A DNA stretch of 64,000 nucleotides from Akkermansiaceae bacterium. GTDB taxonomy: Bacteria > Verrucomicrobiota > Verrucomicrobiia > Verrucomicrobiales > Akkermansiaceae. The translations under genes and the position numbers were made by a program. Of this stretch, positions 50,786 to 60,650 are shown in pieces. The notes under the pieces were generated by a model that saw only the letters and a list, made by a program, of their open reading frames with translations, did no database searches and was not told the origin of the DNA. The DNA lies in assembly GCA_051251915.1 (NCBI GenBank), contig JBPOGF010000015.1, forward strand, positions 50,951-114,950, given 5' to 3'. How positions within the stretch are numbered: the first letter of the stretch is position 1; each line of letters begins with the position of its first letter.

Positions 50786-51601
50786 ATGCCAACGGCAACC
50801 AATAGCATAGAACCTAAAACAGCCAGCAACACGCACGCAGGGCAAGACACCTCATCCATGCGTAAAGCAACTAAGTTCCTATTAGGCTCACAAAAACTGC
50901 TCAAAACATACGGAGGTAGAGCCGTTGTCAGCGGCGTCAGCATCACCGTCGGCCAAGGCGAAATAGTAGGCCTACTGGGTCCCAACGGTGCAGGTAAAAC
51001 CACAACATTCTACATGATCGCCGGACTCGTCCCTCCTAATGAAGGAGTTGTCACCTTCGGCGGAAAGGACATCACCGAGCTACCTATGCACAAACGTGCC
51101 AGACTAGGCATGGGCTACCTCCCCCAAGAAGAATCCATTTTCCGTAAGCTAACCGTCCGCGATAACTTACTCGCCGTCCTCGAAACTCAGAAAGGTCTCA
51201 ACAAAAAGCAACGTAATGATAAGGCAGACAACCTCATGGAAAGATTCCGCATCACCAAGCTCAGAGACTCAGAAGCCCTCACACTCTCAGGTGGAGAAAA
51301 ACGTCGCCTCAGCATCGCCCGCTGCCTCTGCACTGATCCTAAGCTACTCATGCTAGATGAACCATTCGCAGGAGTTGATCCAAAAGCAGTTGAAGACATC
51401 CATCGAATTGTAAGAGAACTCAGAGACCAAGACGGCCTCTCTATCCTTATCACAGATCACCACGTCAGAGAAACGCTCAAAATAGTTGACCACGCCTATG
51501 TCATGGACGATGGTAAAGTAATTCTTGAAGGAGCGGCTAATGACATTGCCAATGACCCACTAGCTAGAAAACACTACCTAGGAGAAGACTTCACACTCTA
51601 A
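50786..51601 (+). CDS. lptB: LPS export ABC transporter ATP-binding protein
   Basis: GPNGAGKTTTFY, GYLPQE, LSGGEKRR, DEPFAGVDP, YLGEDF. Confidence 0.96.
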   Translation: MPTATNSIEPKTASNTHAGQDTSSMRKATKFLLGSQKLLKTYGGRAVVSGVSITVGQGEIVGLLGPNGAGKTTTFYMIAGLVPPNEGVVTFGGKDITELPMHKRARLGMGYLPQEESIFRKLTVRDNLLAVLETQKGLNKKQRNDKADNLMERFRITKLRDSEALTLSGGEKRRLSIARCLCTDPKLLMLDEPFAGVDPKAVEDIHRIVRELRDQDGLSILITDHHVRETLKIVDHAYVMDDGKVILEGAANDIANDPLARKHYLGEDFTL

Positions 51602-51714
51602 AAAAAATAAATAACAACACACAAACAAATTTCAGCACCATATAAAAAGATCTCCGCCTCACTGGACGAGCCAGTGGAGAGCGATGTTAACAACAAAAGA
51701 AAGGAAAAACAATA

Positions 51715-52299
51715 ATGCAAACAAGCAATGCAAACCCACAGGTAACTATCACAGTCCGTCACGAATCAGTCACTGATTCCATCCGTGATTTCGTGCAGAA
51801 GAAAATTGGCACACTCCACCTGGATTACCCCAAAATAATCGAGGCCCGAGCGATCCTAGACGTTCAGAAAAATCGACACATTGCTGAAATCATCCTCTTT
51901 TGTGCCAACCACATCGTCATCGATGCCTCCACTGAAGGCAAAGACATGTATGCGGCCATTGATGAGACCATCTCTAAGATCGCCAGAAGAATGCGTAAAT
52001 ACAAAACTCGCCTTCTAAAGCGCAACAAAATCAAACCAGAGCAAAGTATCAAGCACCTAGACGAAAGAGTCTACTCTTCTGATATTCTAGACACTCACCC
52101 AGAGGAATCTGAATTAGATCCAGAACCAATGATCATCCACCGCGAGAGCCAGTCACTCAAGACCCTCTACAAAGAAGATGCTATCGTCGAACTAGAACTA
52201 TCAGATAAACCATTCCTAGTATACACCAACGCCCGTAGAAACGTCCTCCAAATCATCTACAGACGTAAAGACGGCGACTACGCCATCATCGAGCCATAA
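51715..52299 (+). CDS. hpf: Ribosome hibernation promoting factor (long HPF)
   Basis: DMYAAID...RRMRKYK plus C-terminal domain (IIYRRKDGDYAIIEP). Confidence 0.92.
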   Translation: MQTSNANPQVTITVRHESVTDSIRDFVQKKIGTLHLDYPKIIEARAILDVQKNRHIAEIILFCANHIVIDASTEGKDMYAAIDETISKIARRMRKYKTRLLKRNKIKPEQSIKHLDERVYSSDILDTHPEESELDPEPMIIHRESQSLKTLYKEDAIVELELSDKPFLVYTNARRNVLQIIYRRKDGDYAIIEP

Positions 52300-52330
52300 C
52301 CGGCTAAACCAATAATTCACCAAAACAACC

Positions 52331-52364
52331 AAAGGCATTACGGATCACTCCGTAATGCCTTTTT
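52331..52364. terminator. Bidirectional terminator between hpf and rnpB
   Basis: aaaggcattacgga-tcac-tccgtaatgccttt. Confidence 0.85.
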
Positions 52365-52424
52365 AGTTTCATCGTGCTCAACCATTGACCAATGACTATT
52401 GACCAATGACAGCACCAAAGGTGC

Positions 52425-52830
52425 CCATCGCCCTCCTATAAGCCGGATTCTGTCCACCCTAGTCTTACCCAGAGCTGTGTGATCATTTGTCTTCCCACTC
52501 CGAAAAGTGAGCGTCATCTTTCGATGATCATGCGACTAATACCCGAGGATTCTAGTCGGGCGGGCACCCTTCCTCTGTTATGTCTTGCACCACATGGGGT
52601 TTACCTTGCACTGTCGGTTGCCCTTCAGCCGGTGAGCTCTTACCTCACCCTTTCACCCTTACCTGCTCCCGAAGAAGCCGGCGGTATTCTCTCTGCTGCA
52701 CTGTCCGTCTACTAAGCCTTGAAGCTTAATATCCCTCATTCTTCATGAGGCACGTTTCCCTATGGTGTCCGGACTTTCCTCTATGACAAACTATAAATAG
52801 CCGCCACAGCGATCACCCGGAGAGCGATGG
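52425..52830 (-). ncRNA. rnpB: RNase P RNA
   Basis: Minus strand carries GAGGAAAGTCCGG near the 5' end and ACAGAATCCGGCTTAT near the 3' end; complementary termini CCATCGCTCTCC / GGAGGGCGATGG (P1). Confidence 0.97.
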
Positions 52831-52895
52831 ACCTGCACAATAACTACCAATTTCCCAGATGCAACTCATTTCAGCATGACACACGTTTTAAAATT

Positions 52896-52911
52896 TGGCA
52901 CAATTCTTGCT
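52896..52911 (+). promoter_or_regulatory. Sigma54 -24/-12 site upstream of rpoN
   Basis: TGGCAC-AATTC-TTGCT, a perfect consensus with correct spacing. Confidence 0.8.
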
Positions 52912-52949
52912 ATACGTATTGCCTAACCTAGGTTAGAACACCTTTAGTC

Positions 52950-54338
52950 ATGTCTGACATAGGCCTCCAACAAAATTTATCTCAACAGCAAACTCTCTCG
53001 CCCAAGATGCGTCAGAGCCTAGAGATATTACAGGCGAACTCACTTGAACTCAGCCAACTCCTGCAACAAGCAGTCCTCACTAATCCGGCGATAGAAATCA
53101 CCACCAACGAGGAAGCTCTCCCAGACGAAACTCCAGATGAAGCTGAGCATGACACAGAAACAATCTCAGATCTAGACGACCACGCACGGGACGAATACAT
53201 CACCACCAAAAGCTCCACCCCCGGCCCCACTCAGGAAACGATCGATTACATCTACGACTCCATCGTCGCCCCCCATTCCCTCCAGCAGCACCTCACTGAG
53301 CAGATTAACAACGAAGAAGTCTCGACCGACCTCCGCACAGCCTGTCACGAAATAATCGCCAACGTCAACGATCGAGGTTTTCTAGATCAGCCCATCACAG
53401 ACATCGCGATCACCAGCACCCACTCGCTAGACATCCTCGAAAAAGCCCTCATTAAAGTCCAACACCTCGACCCAGCCGGCGTAGGTGCCCATGACCTCCG
53501 TGAGTCACTACTCATCCAACTCCAAAAAAGAAATCTCCTCGGCTCACTCGCATACCGACTAGTAGAAGACTTCCTCCCTGACCTAGCTCAGAAGAAACTA
53601 CCCCAAATCGCCAAGCAGCTTAAGACCTCAGTAGAAAACATCGTCCAAGCCGCCACCGTCATCACCACCCTCACCCCAGACCCCGGTGCTGAGTTCGACC
53701 CCACCTCTAACCCCTACATCGTCCCAGACGTCAGATTCTCAAAAGACACCGACGGCGAATGGGAAGCAGTCCTCACCAATGAGCACATCCCCTCAGTAAC
53801 CATCAGCCACGTCTACAAAGACCTCCTCGCCAGTACTGCCGACAACAAAACCCGCACCTACCTCAAAGAGCAAATCAAAGACGGCAAGCAAATCATCACC
53901 GCCATCTCACAGCGTCAACACACCCTCCTAAGAATCTCACAAGAAATCGTCAAACGTCAGCCAGGTTTCTTACAGCAAGGCCCAGCCGCGCTCAAACCTC
54001 TCACCATGAACGAACTCGCAGAAGTCATCGAGGTCCACCCTGCCACCATCTCCAGAGCCGTCGCAGGCAAATACGCACTCACCCCGCATGGCATCATCGA
54101 GCTCAGAACCTTCTTCACCTCCGGCTTCCAGTCCAAAGACGGCGCCCAAGTCTCCAACACCAGCATCAAAGACACCATCCAGCACATCGTCCAAGAAGAA
54201 CCCCCCTCCAAACCCCTCTCAGACACCGCCATCGAGAAACTCCTAGCCGCCAAAGGCCTCAAAGTAGCCCGCCGCACAATCGCCAAATACCGCGACCAGC
54301 TAGGCATCCTCCCCAGCCATCTCCGGAAGAAATTCTAA
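52950..54338 (+). CDS. rpoN: RNA polymerase sigma-54 factor
   Basis: Q/L-rich region I, HPATISR, RpoN box ARRTIAKYR. Confidence 0.98.
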   Translation: MSDIGLQQNLSQQQTLSPKMRQSLEILQANSLELSQLLQQAVLTNPAIEITTNEEALPDETPDEAEHDTETISDLDDHARDEYITTKSSTPGPTQETIDYIYDSIVAPHSLQQHLTEQINNEEVSTDLRTACHEIIANVNDRGFLDQPITDIAITSTHSLDILEKALIKVQHLDPAGVGAHDLRESLLIQLQKRNLLGSLAYRLVEDFLPDLAQKKLPQIAKQLKTSVENIVQAATVITTLTPDPGAEFDPTSNPYIVPDVRFSKDTDGEWEAVLTNEHIPSVTISHVYKDLLASTADNKTRTYLKEQIKDGKQIITAISQRQHTLLRISQEIVKRQPGFLQQGPAALKPLTMNELAEVIEVHPATISRAVAGKYALTPHGIIELRTFFTSGFQSKDGAQVSNTSIKDTIQHIVQEEPPSKPLSDTAIEKLLAAKGLKVARRTIAKYRDQLGILPSHLRKKF

Positions 54339-54347
54339 ACAACCAAA

Positions 54348-55058
54348 ATGAAAGCCCTACGTATCCTCATCAGCATCATTGCACTCATCATACCCGTGAC
54401 TGCCAGCGCAAAACCGCAAGCCCCTGAAAAAAAACAAACACTTCAATCCACGGACTACAGCCTATTTGTAATCAGAGGCTGGAGCATATTTCTAGAAAAA
54501 TCCATCCACAACCACCCTAGAGGCAAGATTGCCGCCGAACTACTCGACACCAAGCTAGCAGAGATCGAAAAACTTATTAACCCAGAAATACTCACCAAGC
54601 TTCAAGCTGTCCCCATATGGCTGAATAAAGACATCCGCCAAGGAGCCTGCTACCACCCAAATCCAAAGTGGCTTGCTGAGAACAATCGCATGACAGAAAA
54701 GGCAGGCTCTATAGAAATACAAAGTGTAAACACATTCATCGATTGGTCCACCACCCAGCCCATGATGATCCTCCACGAGCTAGCCCACGCTTACCATCAC
54801 CGCATTCACGAGTTCAACAACCCAGTCATTACAGCTGCATTCAAGAAAGCTGTAGCCTCTAACAGCTATGAGAAAGTAGAGCACATCAGCGGCAAAGTAA
54901 AACGCCACTACGCCCTCACCAACGAAAAAGAATATTTCTCCGAATGCACCGAAGCCTACTTCGGAAAAAACGACTTCTACCCCTTCACCAAAACCGACCT
55001 AAAAAAACACGACCCCACAGGCTACGCCATGATCGAAACACTCTGGGACATAAAATAA
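54348..55058 (+). CDS. Exported zinc metallopeptidase-like protein
   Basis: Signal peptide; LHELAHAYH, YALTNEKEYFSE..EAYFG.NDFYPF. Confidence 0.8.
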   Translation: MKALRILISIIALIIPVTASAKPQAPEKKQTLQSTDYSLFVIRGWSIFLEKSIHNHPRGKIAAELLDTKLAEIEKLINPEILTKLQAVPIWLNKDIRQGACYHPNPKWLAENNRMTEKAGSIEIQSVNTFIDWSTTQPMMILHELAHAYHHRIHEFNNPVITAAFKKAVASNSYEKVEHISGKVKRHYALTNEKEYFSECTEAYFGKNDFYPFTKTDLKKHDPTGYAMIETLWDIK

Positions 55059-55086
55059 TATTCCAGCATGGGCCAAGCCATCACCA

Positions 55087-55971
55087 ATGAAATTCTTCAC
55101 CACAAAAACAGCAATACTCCCCCTCCTCGCTTGTGGCATAATAGTCTTCTCCATTTTCTTCCTAGCTAAAAACAGTCCCAACGAACAATCTCTAAAACTT
55201 GATTTCCAGAACCTTAATAAGTCTATCAATTCGGGTGACATCAAACAAATTGAGAAAAAATTAATTTATATTCCCGAAAGGTATGTTGAAGGTGAGAAAT
55301 ATGACCTATTGATGACTCTATCCCAAACAAAACACCTCCTCAGTATCAATATTAAACAGCAGAAAGTAATAGGATCAGTAGGCGTGATAGCTTACACATA
55401 CAATCACAATGATACAGAGGCTGCAATTTTTGCGATACATAATGGGCTAAACTGGCAGTTTGATTTCAGTTCTAGTTATTGGACTCAGGAAAATGACATC
55501 CACAACACCCGCCATCATGAACAAGATCAAGCAGACGCCATCGCTCTCCTCAAATGGCTAAATAATAACACCAAAGTCGGCCAATCTGGCATCGGCCCCC
55601 ACGAACGCCTCACATGGTATCTCCCATTCGTCCCACCTAGCCTAAACATCGAAGAATTCTACGAAACCCCCAGCCCCTCGATGGATCACGACTACATCTG
55701 GAAAATCAAAATCGAGGACGCAGATACATTCAAAAAATTCATAACTCAACTCACCAGCCCACCACCAAACGCCATTGGCGGCAGCAAACTCTCAGAATCC
55801 CCAGTTTTCAGAGTTCACCCAACCTGGTGGAAAAACCTAGACTTCACCAAAGGAAACCTCAAACAATACAATATCGAGCTAACCAACAACATAAAAGGCA
55901 GCGCAAAAACCACCATCTTCGCCTTCATAGACCAGCAAGAAAACTACATCTATATATTCACATCTTCATAA
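55087..55971 (+). CDS. Hypothetical membrane-anchored or exported protein
   Basis: 294-aa ORF with N-terminal hydrophobic segment. Confidence 0.6.
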   Translation: MKFFTTKTAILPLLACGIIVFSIFFLAKNSPNEQSLKLDFQNLNKSINSGDIKQIEKKLIYIPERYVEGEKYDLLMTLSQTKHLLSINIKQQKVIGSVGVIAYTYNHNDTEAAIFAIHNGLNWQFDFSSSYWTQENDIHNTRHHEQDQADAIALLKWLNNNTKVGQSGIGPHERLTWYLPFVPPSLNIEEFYETPSPSMDHDYIWKIKIEDADTFKKFITQLTSPPPNAIGGSKLSESPVFRVHPTWWKNLDFTKGNLKQYNIELTNNIKGSAKTTIFAFIDQQENYIYIFTSS

Positions 55972-55991
55972 TTTCAAGATAACGTGACATC

Positions 55992-57632
55992 CTACTCCCC
56001 AGCCCAATATTCAGATTCTATTTCCTGCAAAGCCTCTATACTCCACTCTTTGCCTTCTGGGTCCTCAACACATACTCCTGAAGCATAAAAAGAAAAATCC
56101 GCTCCTTTAAGTTCATCAACTCCATACCCAATATCAGTCGAAACCATAACTCTACCAACACCAAAATCAGCACCAGTGATTACAGGTTTCAAATTGATAA
56201 ACTCTTCCATACTCAAAGGTTTTGAGCCTGCTATCTCACCATCCCACGCTATAATTTCAAAACCACCAAAACCTTCAAAGGTCACGGTGAAATGTTCAAA
56301 GCTAGAATCAATCATTCCCGCCAAATAGTCTATCTCAACTATTAGAACACAATTTTTTCCATCCAGATGCCCCCTTGCTATCCTACCATGCCGCAGAATA
56401 TGCATCAAAACACTCAGATTAAACAACGTATCCACGTGCTCTATAGTCAACTCTAAAGCTCCCAGTTTAGAATACAATTCATATTGATTATCCTCAACCA
56501 ACAGATGATGACGATTAAGACGCTGGACAGAAATTTTCACTAAATCATCAACAGAAACAACATCTAACAAATACCACAATTGGCATAACTTTTCTGAAGG
56601 TTTCAACACGGAACAATTACTAGCCAACAACTCATCTCTCTTCATGGATTTCAAATATCGAACCTCCTCGTCCCAAATAGCGAAATTACGATGCAACTCT
56701 TTTCCCTTCTGAATCTGCTCCTCGTCAGGCTCCCAATTTCCTTCTCCTAAGAAGTCAGCCACCAGTTCACCTAATGAGTAATCGAAAATTTTCTTAACAG
56801 CCGCATTTCCACAATCCTCCATTTGAACTGTTTCGATAAGTTCTATCACCTCCTCTTTTGTAGCCGATAGGTCTATCGCTATTTTCTGCCACAAAACACG
56901 TGCCAATTGGTAACTAAGGCTGAACCCTACCGACTCTCTACCCCAAACTTCACCAGACCAGAAACCTTGTATCGTTTTCTCATCCCAGTACTTGATATGT
57001 TGTTTATACGACTCTTCATTCAGCATTAAACCTTCTTGCTCCACCACCACATCTTCCATCCTCATCGCGATAGCCTCATCTAGCCAATTTGGTAAAACAT
57101 AACCAGATAACATCACGTGACTAAACTCGTGAGCAATGGTACTCAAAGGTGTCGTCTCAGCCTCTATCACAGGGATAATAATATGTGTGTAGCCATTGTT
57201 AATACACATCCCACCGGTCATAGGAGCCTCTCCTCCACCAGAAAACCAATGACTATATCTATAATAATCCTCCGCATGATGAAACACAATTAATACATGT
57301 TTGCCCAACCCTACCTTCTTTAAATTACCCGCAAATTGCTCTAAAATGATCTTCCGTGAATTTTCACACGCATAAAGTAAGTTTTTCTGAACATGTTCTT
57401 TCTCTCTACTAAGAAGAAGAAAATGACTTGATTCCAGAAGCTCAAACTCATCACCCAAATGCTCACGCATAATCAGCAACCAAGCCCTAGCAAGCTCCGT
57501 CAATACCGAGTCGTATCTCTCCTCATCACATTCCTTTTCCACCAATCTCACTAGTGCACCCCAGTCAGGATAACGAAATCCTTCATACTCTTCAGCATTC
57601 TCACGGATAATTTTTCCATAGTCTAACATCAT
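55992..57632 (-). CDS. Hypothetical protein with a gluzincin-like motif and an unknown C-terminal domain
   Basis: AHEFSH...PNWLDEAIA. Confidence 0.65.
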   Translation of the reverse strand: MMLDYGKIIRENAEEYEGFRYPDWGALVRLVEKECDEERYDSVLTELARAWLLIMREHLGDEFELLESSHFLLLSREKEHVQKNLLYACENSRKIILEQFAGNLKKVGLGKHVLIVFHHAEDYYRYSHWFSGGGEAPMTGGMCINNGYTHIIIPVIEAETTPLSTIAHEFSHVMLSGYVLPNWLDEAIAMRMEDVVVEQEGLMLNEESYKQHIKYWDEKTIQGFWSGEVWGRESVGFSLSYQLARVLWQKIAIDLSATKEEVIELIETVQMEDCGNAAVKKIFDYSLGELVADFLGEGNWEPDEEQIQKGKELHRNFAIWDEEVRYLKSMKRDELLASNCSVLKPSEKLCQLWYLLDVVSVDDLVKISVQRLNRHHLLVEDNQYELYSKLGALELTIEHVDTLFNLSVLMHILRHGRIARGHLDGKNCVLIVEIDYLAGMIDSSFEHFTVTFEGFGGFEIIAWDGEIAGSKPLSMEEFINLKPVITGADFGVGRVMVSTDIGYGVDELKGADFSFYASGVCVEDPEGKEWSIEALQEIESEYWAGE

Positions 57633-57722
57633 AGAAAAAATAACTATTTCCTAGATTGAGACAAGTTTTATCCCTTTAGCATTCACCAGTAATTGATCCA
57701 CGCCTACTACCACCAAAGGAAC

Positions 57723-57757
57723 AAAAGAGCTCCACCTGATTCCTCAGATGGAGCTTT
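57723..57757 (-). terminator. Intrinsic terminator after pnp
   Basis: Minus strand aaagctccatctga-ggaa-tcaggtggagctct-ttt. Confidence 0.8.
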
Positions 57758-57798
57758 AAATTTATCTGCTAGAATACTAATTCTAACACAAACACTGC

Positions 57799-59931
57799 TT
57801 ACTCAGCAGCATCCGCTTGCTTAGCTTCTTTCAAAGCAGCACGGATAGACATTTTAACGCGGCCTTTGTCATCGATACCGATGCACTTAGCAGTGACTTC
57901 GTCACCCACTTTAACCACGTCTTCAGTCTTCTCTACGCGGCCTTCAGCAAGCTCAGAGATATGAATAAGTCCGTCCTTACCAGGAAGCACCTCGATGAAT
58001 GCACCGAACGCTGTAGTAGAAACAATCTTACCAGTATAAGTTTTGTTCACTTCGACTTCAGCAAACATCTGGCTTACCATCTCAACCGCACGGTCGAGGC
58101 TTTCCTTCTTAGCTGCATAGATGTGCACAGTGCCGTCATCTTCGATGTTAAGATCAGCACCAGACTCAGCCTGGATAGCCTTAATGTTCTTACCACCAGG
58201 TCCAATAAGCATACCAATCTTGTCTGCATCAATTTTCACTGACTCAATACGTGGAGCATTCTCAGAAATAGCCGCTGTCTCATTGATCACAGAAAGCATC
58301 TTCTGAAGAATAACCTCACGGCCTTCCTTCGCTTGATAAACTGCCTCTTCTAGAATCTTAAGTGGGATACCGTCAAGCTTGAGATCAAGCTGGTAAGATG
58401 TCACACCGTCAGGAGTTCCGCAAAGCTTGAAGTCCATGTCACCATAGAAATCTTCAGAACCAATGATGTCGAGCAGACGCTCATACTTCACCATTTCACC
58501 AGCATCATTAAATTCAGTCACAAGACCTACTGAGATACCAGATACTGGGTTAAGTAGAGGAACACCAGCACCCATTAGTGACATTGTTCCAGCACAAACT
58601 GTAGCCATTGATGATGAACCGTTAGACTCAAGCACCTCAGAAACTGTTCTGATTGCATACGGGAAATCTTCCTCAGCAGGGATTACTGGAGCGATAGAAC
58701 GCTCAGCAAGGTTACCATGACCAATCTCACGACGGTTAAGACCACCAAAACGACCCGCTTCACCTACAGAGAATGGAGGGAATGAGTAGTGAAGGATGAA
58801 GCGTTTGCTATCTTCTCCACCTGCATAGTTGTCGAAATACTGACGCTCATCAGCCGGTGCGAGTGTAGACACAGCAAGTGCCTGAGTCTCTCCACGAGCA
58901 AAAAGAGCTGAACCGTGAACCTTAGGAAGAAGACCTTCTTCAGCGAACAACGGACGAAGATCAGCAGGAGTTCTGCCGTCTGCACGAGCTCCCTTCTCCA
59001 TGATAGAGATACGGAATGCTTTCTTCTGTAGGAATTCAAATGCCTGCTCGATCTGGAAATCAGTAGTGTCAGGGAATCTCTCCATGATCACTGCTTCTAC
59101 TTCCTTACGAAGTGCACCTACTTTCTGTGCACGCTCAACCTTAGAATCAGCATAGATAGCACCTTCGATGCGGTCACCTGCTACCTCGTAAGCGATATCA
59201 AGAAGATCAGGAGCGGCTACTGAAACTTCGTATGGACGAGTCTCTTTACCAGCTGCAGCCTTAAGCTCTTCCTGTGCAGCCACAAGAATTTCAACCTGTG
59301 TCTGAGCGAAGTAGAGAGCCTTTACAAACTCCTCTTCAGGAACCTGGTCAGCACCACCTTCGATCATGATCACGTTCTCCTTGTCGCCTACATAGACGAG
59401 GTCAAGGTCAGATTCTTCACGTTGCTCAAATGTTGGGTTCACTACGAACTCACCATCCACACGGCCAATACGCACAGCTCCGATTGGGCGAGCGAAAGGG
59501 ATGTCTGAGATAGAAAGCGCTGCAGATGCACCGTTCATTGAGAGAATATCAGCGTCGTTGATACCGTCAGCTGAAAGCATGAGGGCTACGATCTGTGTTT
59601 CATAAAGGTATCCTTTAGGGAAAAGTGGGCGTAGAGGACGGTCAGTCATACGGCATGTGAGGATCTCCTTTTCAGTTGGGCGACCTTCACGTTTGAAATA
59701 TCCGCCTGGGAATACACCAGCAGCGAATGCTCTTTCTTTATATTCTACAGAGAGAGGGAACCATGATTGTCCGTCTCTGATTTTAGTAAGTGAACAAGCA
59801 GTCACAAGAACTGTTGTTTCACCTGATCTTACTACTACTGCTCCGTCTGCGAGCTTAGCCATCTTACCTGTCTCGAATGAGATAGGGTTAGCGCCTACAT
59901 TGGCGGTAACTGTTTGTATGTTTAATTCCAT
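57799..59931 (-). CDS. pnp: Polyribonucleotide nucleotidyltransferase (PNPase)
   Basis: FKREGRP, RREIGHG, ESNGSSSMA, GDMDFK, KH (IGPGGK) and S1 domains; start at ATG 59931. Confidence 0.98.
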   Translation of the reverse strand: MELNIQTVTANVGANPISFETGKMAKLADGAVVVRSGETTVLVTACSLTKIRDGQSWFPLSVEYKERAFAAGVFPGGYFKREGRPTEKEILTCRMTDRPLRPLFPKGYLYETQIVALMLSADGINDADILSMNGASAALSISDIPFARPIGAVRIGRVDGEFVVNPTFEQREESDLDLVYVGDKENVIMIEGGADQVPEEEFVKALYFAQTQVEILVAAQEELKAAAGKETRPYEVSVAAPDLLDIAYEVAGDRIEGAIYADSKVERAQKVGALRKEVEAVIMERFPDTTDFQIEQAFEFLQKKAFRISIMEKGARADGRTPADLRPLFAEEGLLPKVHGSALFARGETQALAVSTLAPADERQYFDNYAGGEDSKRFILHYSFPPFSVGEAGRFGGLNRREIGHGNLAERSIAPVIPAEEDFPYAIRTVSEVLESNGSSSMATVCAGTMSLMGAGVPLLNPVSGISVGLVTEFNDAGEMVKYERLLDIIGSEDFYGDMDFKLCGTPDGVTSYQLDLKLDGIPLKILEEAVYQAKEGREVILQKMLSVINETAAISENAPRIESVKIDADKIGMLIGPGGKNIKAIQAESGADLNIEDDGTVHIYAAKKESLDRAVEMVSQMFAEVEVNKTYTGKIVSTTAFGAFIEVLPGKDGLIHISELAEGRVEKTEDVVKVGDEVTAKCIGIDDKGRVKMSIRAALKEAKQADAAE

Positions 59932-60112
59932 ATTATTTATTTTCTTTTTCTGTCGTCCTCGTCTAGCACATCGCTTACCCCCTGTGGGTAAATTTAAGTT
60001 ACCAGACACTTCTTTGTTTCGAGCTGGAATACCTTATCCCCACTCAGGAAATGTGATTACAGACGATCTGTCCTCTCGTTCCCTTCATAAGCAACACGTG
60101 TTGCTTAAACTG

Positions 60113-60142
60113 AAAAAGGCCACGGTATGAACCGTGGCCTTT
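60113..60142 (-). terminator. Intrinsic terminator between rpsO and pnp
   Basis: aaaggccacggt-atga-accgtggccttt with T tract on the minus strand. Confidence 0.85.
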
Positions 60143-60152
60143 AAAAAATCGT

Positions 60153-60404
60153 TTATCGGCGTAACTTGAGGCCTTCGAGCAGCTTCTTGTAGTCTTCCTC
60201 AGACTTGCTTCTCACATAGTCTAGATGCTTACGTCTCTTGGCTACCATTTTAAGTAGTCCACGTCTGCTTGATACGTCCTTCTTGTTGGACTTAAGGTGC
60301 TCTGTAAGTGCGATGATACGCTCTGTAAGTACTGCTACCTGATAGTTTGAACTACCAGTGTCTTTTTCGTTTTGCTTGTAATCAGCTAAGTTGATGTCGC
60401 TCAT
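60153..60404 (-). CDS. rpsO: 30S ribosomal protein S15
   Basis: DTGS..QVAVLT.RI..LTEHL...KD..SRRGLLKMV..RR. Confidence 0.98.
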   Translation of the reverse strand: MSDINLADYKQNEKDTGSSNYQVAVLTERIIALTEHLKSNKKDVSSRRGLLKMVAKRRKHLDYVRSKSEEDYKKLLEGLKLRR

Positions 60405-60650
60405 AATATATGTATTTTGAATGTTAATGTGTATTCTGGCACAGCAAGAAATTTTCTATTCCATATTGAAATGGTAAACTCCAAACCAAACCACCCTACA
60501 TGGGCACGTTGTCTCCACTCGAAGACAGAGGGAACAAATCACAATCTGAACAATTTGCAAGAATTATCTAACTAAAATAAACAACCCTTCTAAAGCCCCC
60601 AAGCCCCACCAACATCAACACGAACCGCTTCGCCACTATACCAAGCGAGA

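Noticed and set aside
52479..52715. 78-aa ORF
   Set aside because: Antisense to RNase P RNA.
59932..60009. N-terminal extension of PNPase in the ORF track
   Set aside because: GTG-started read-through of the leader; PNPase similarity begins at ATG 59931.
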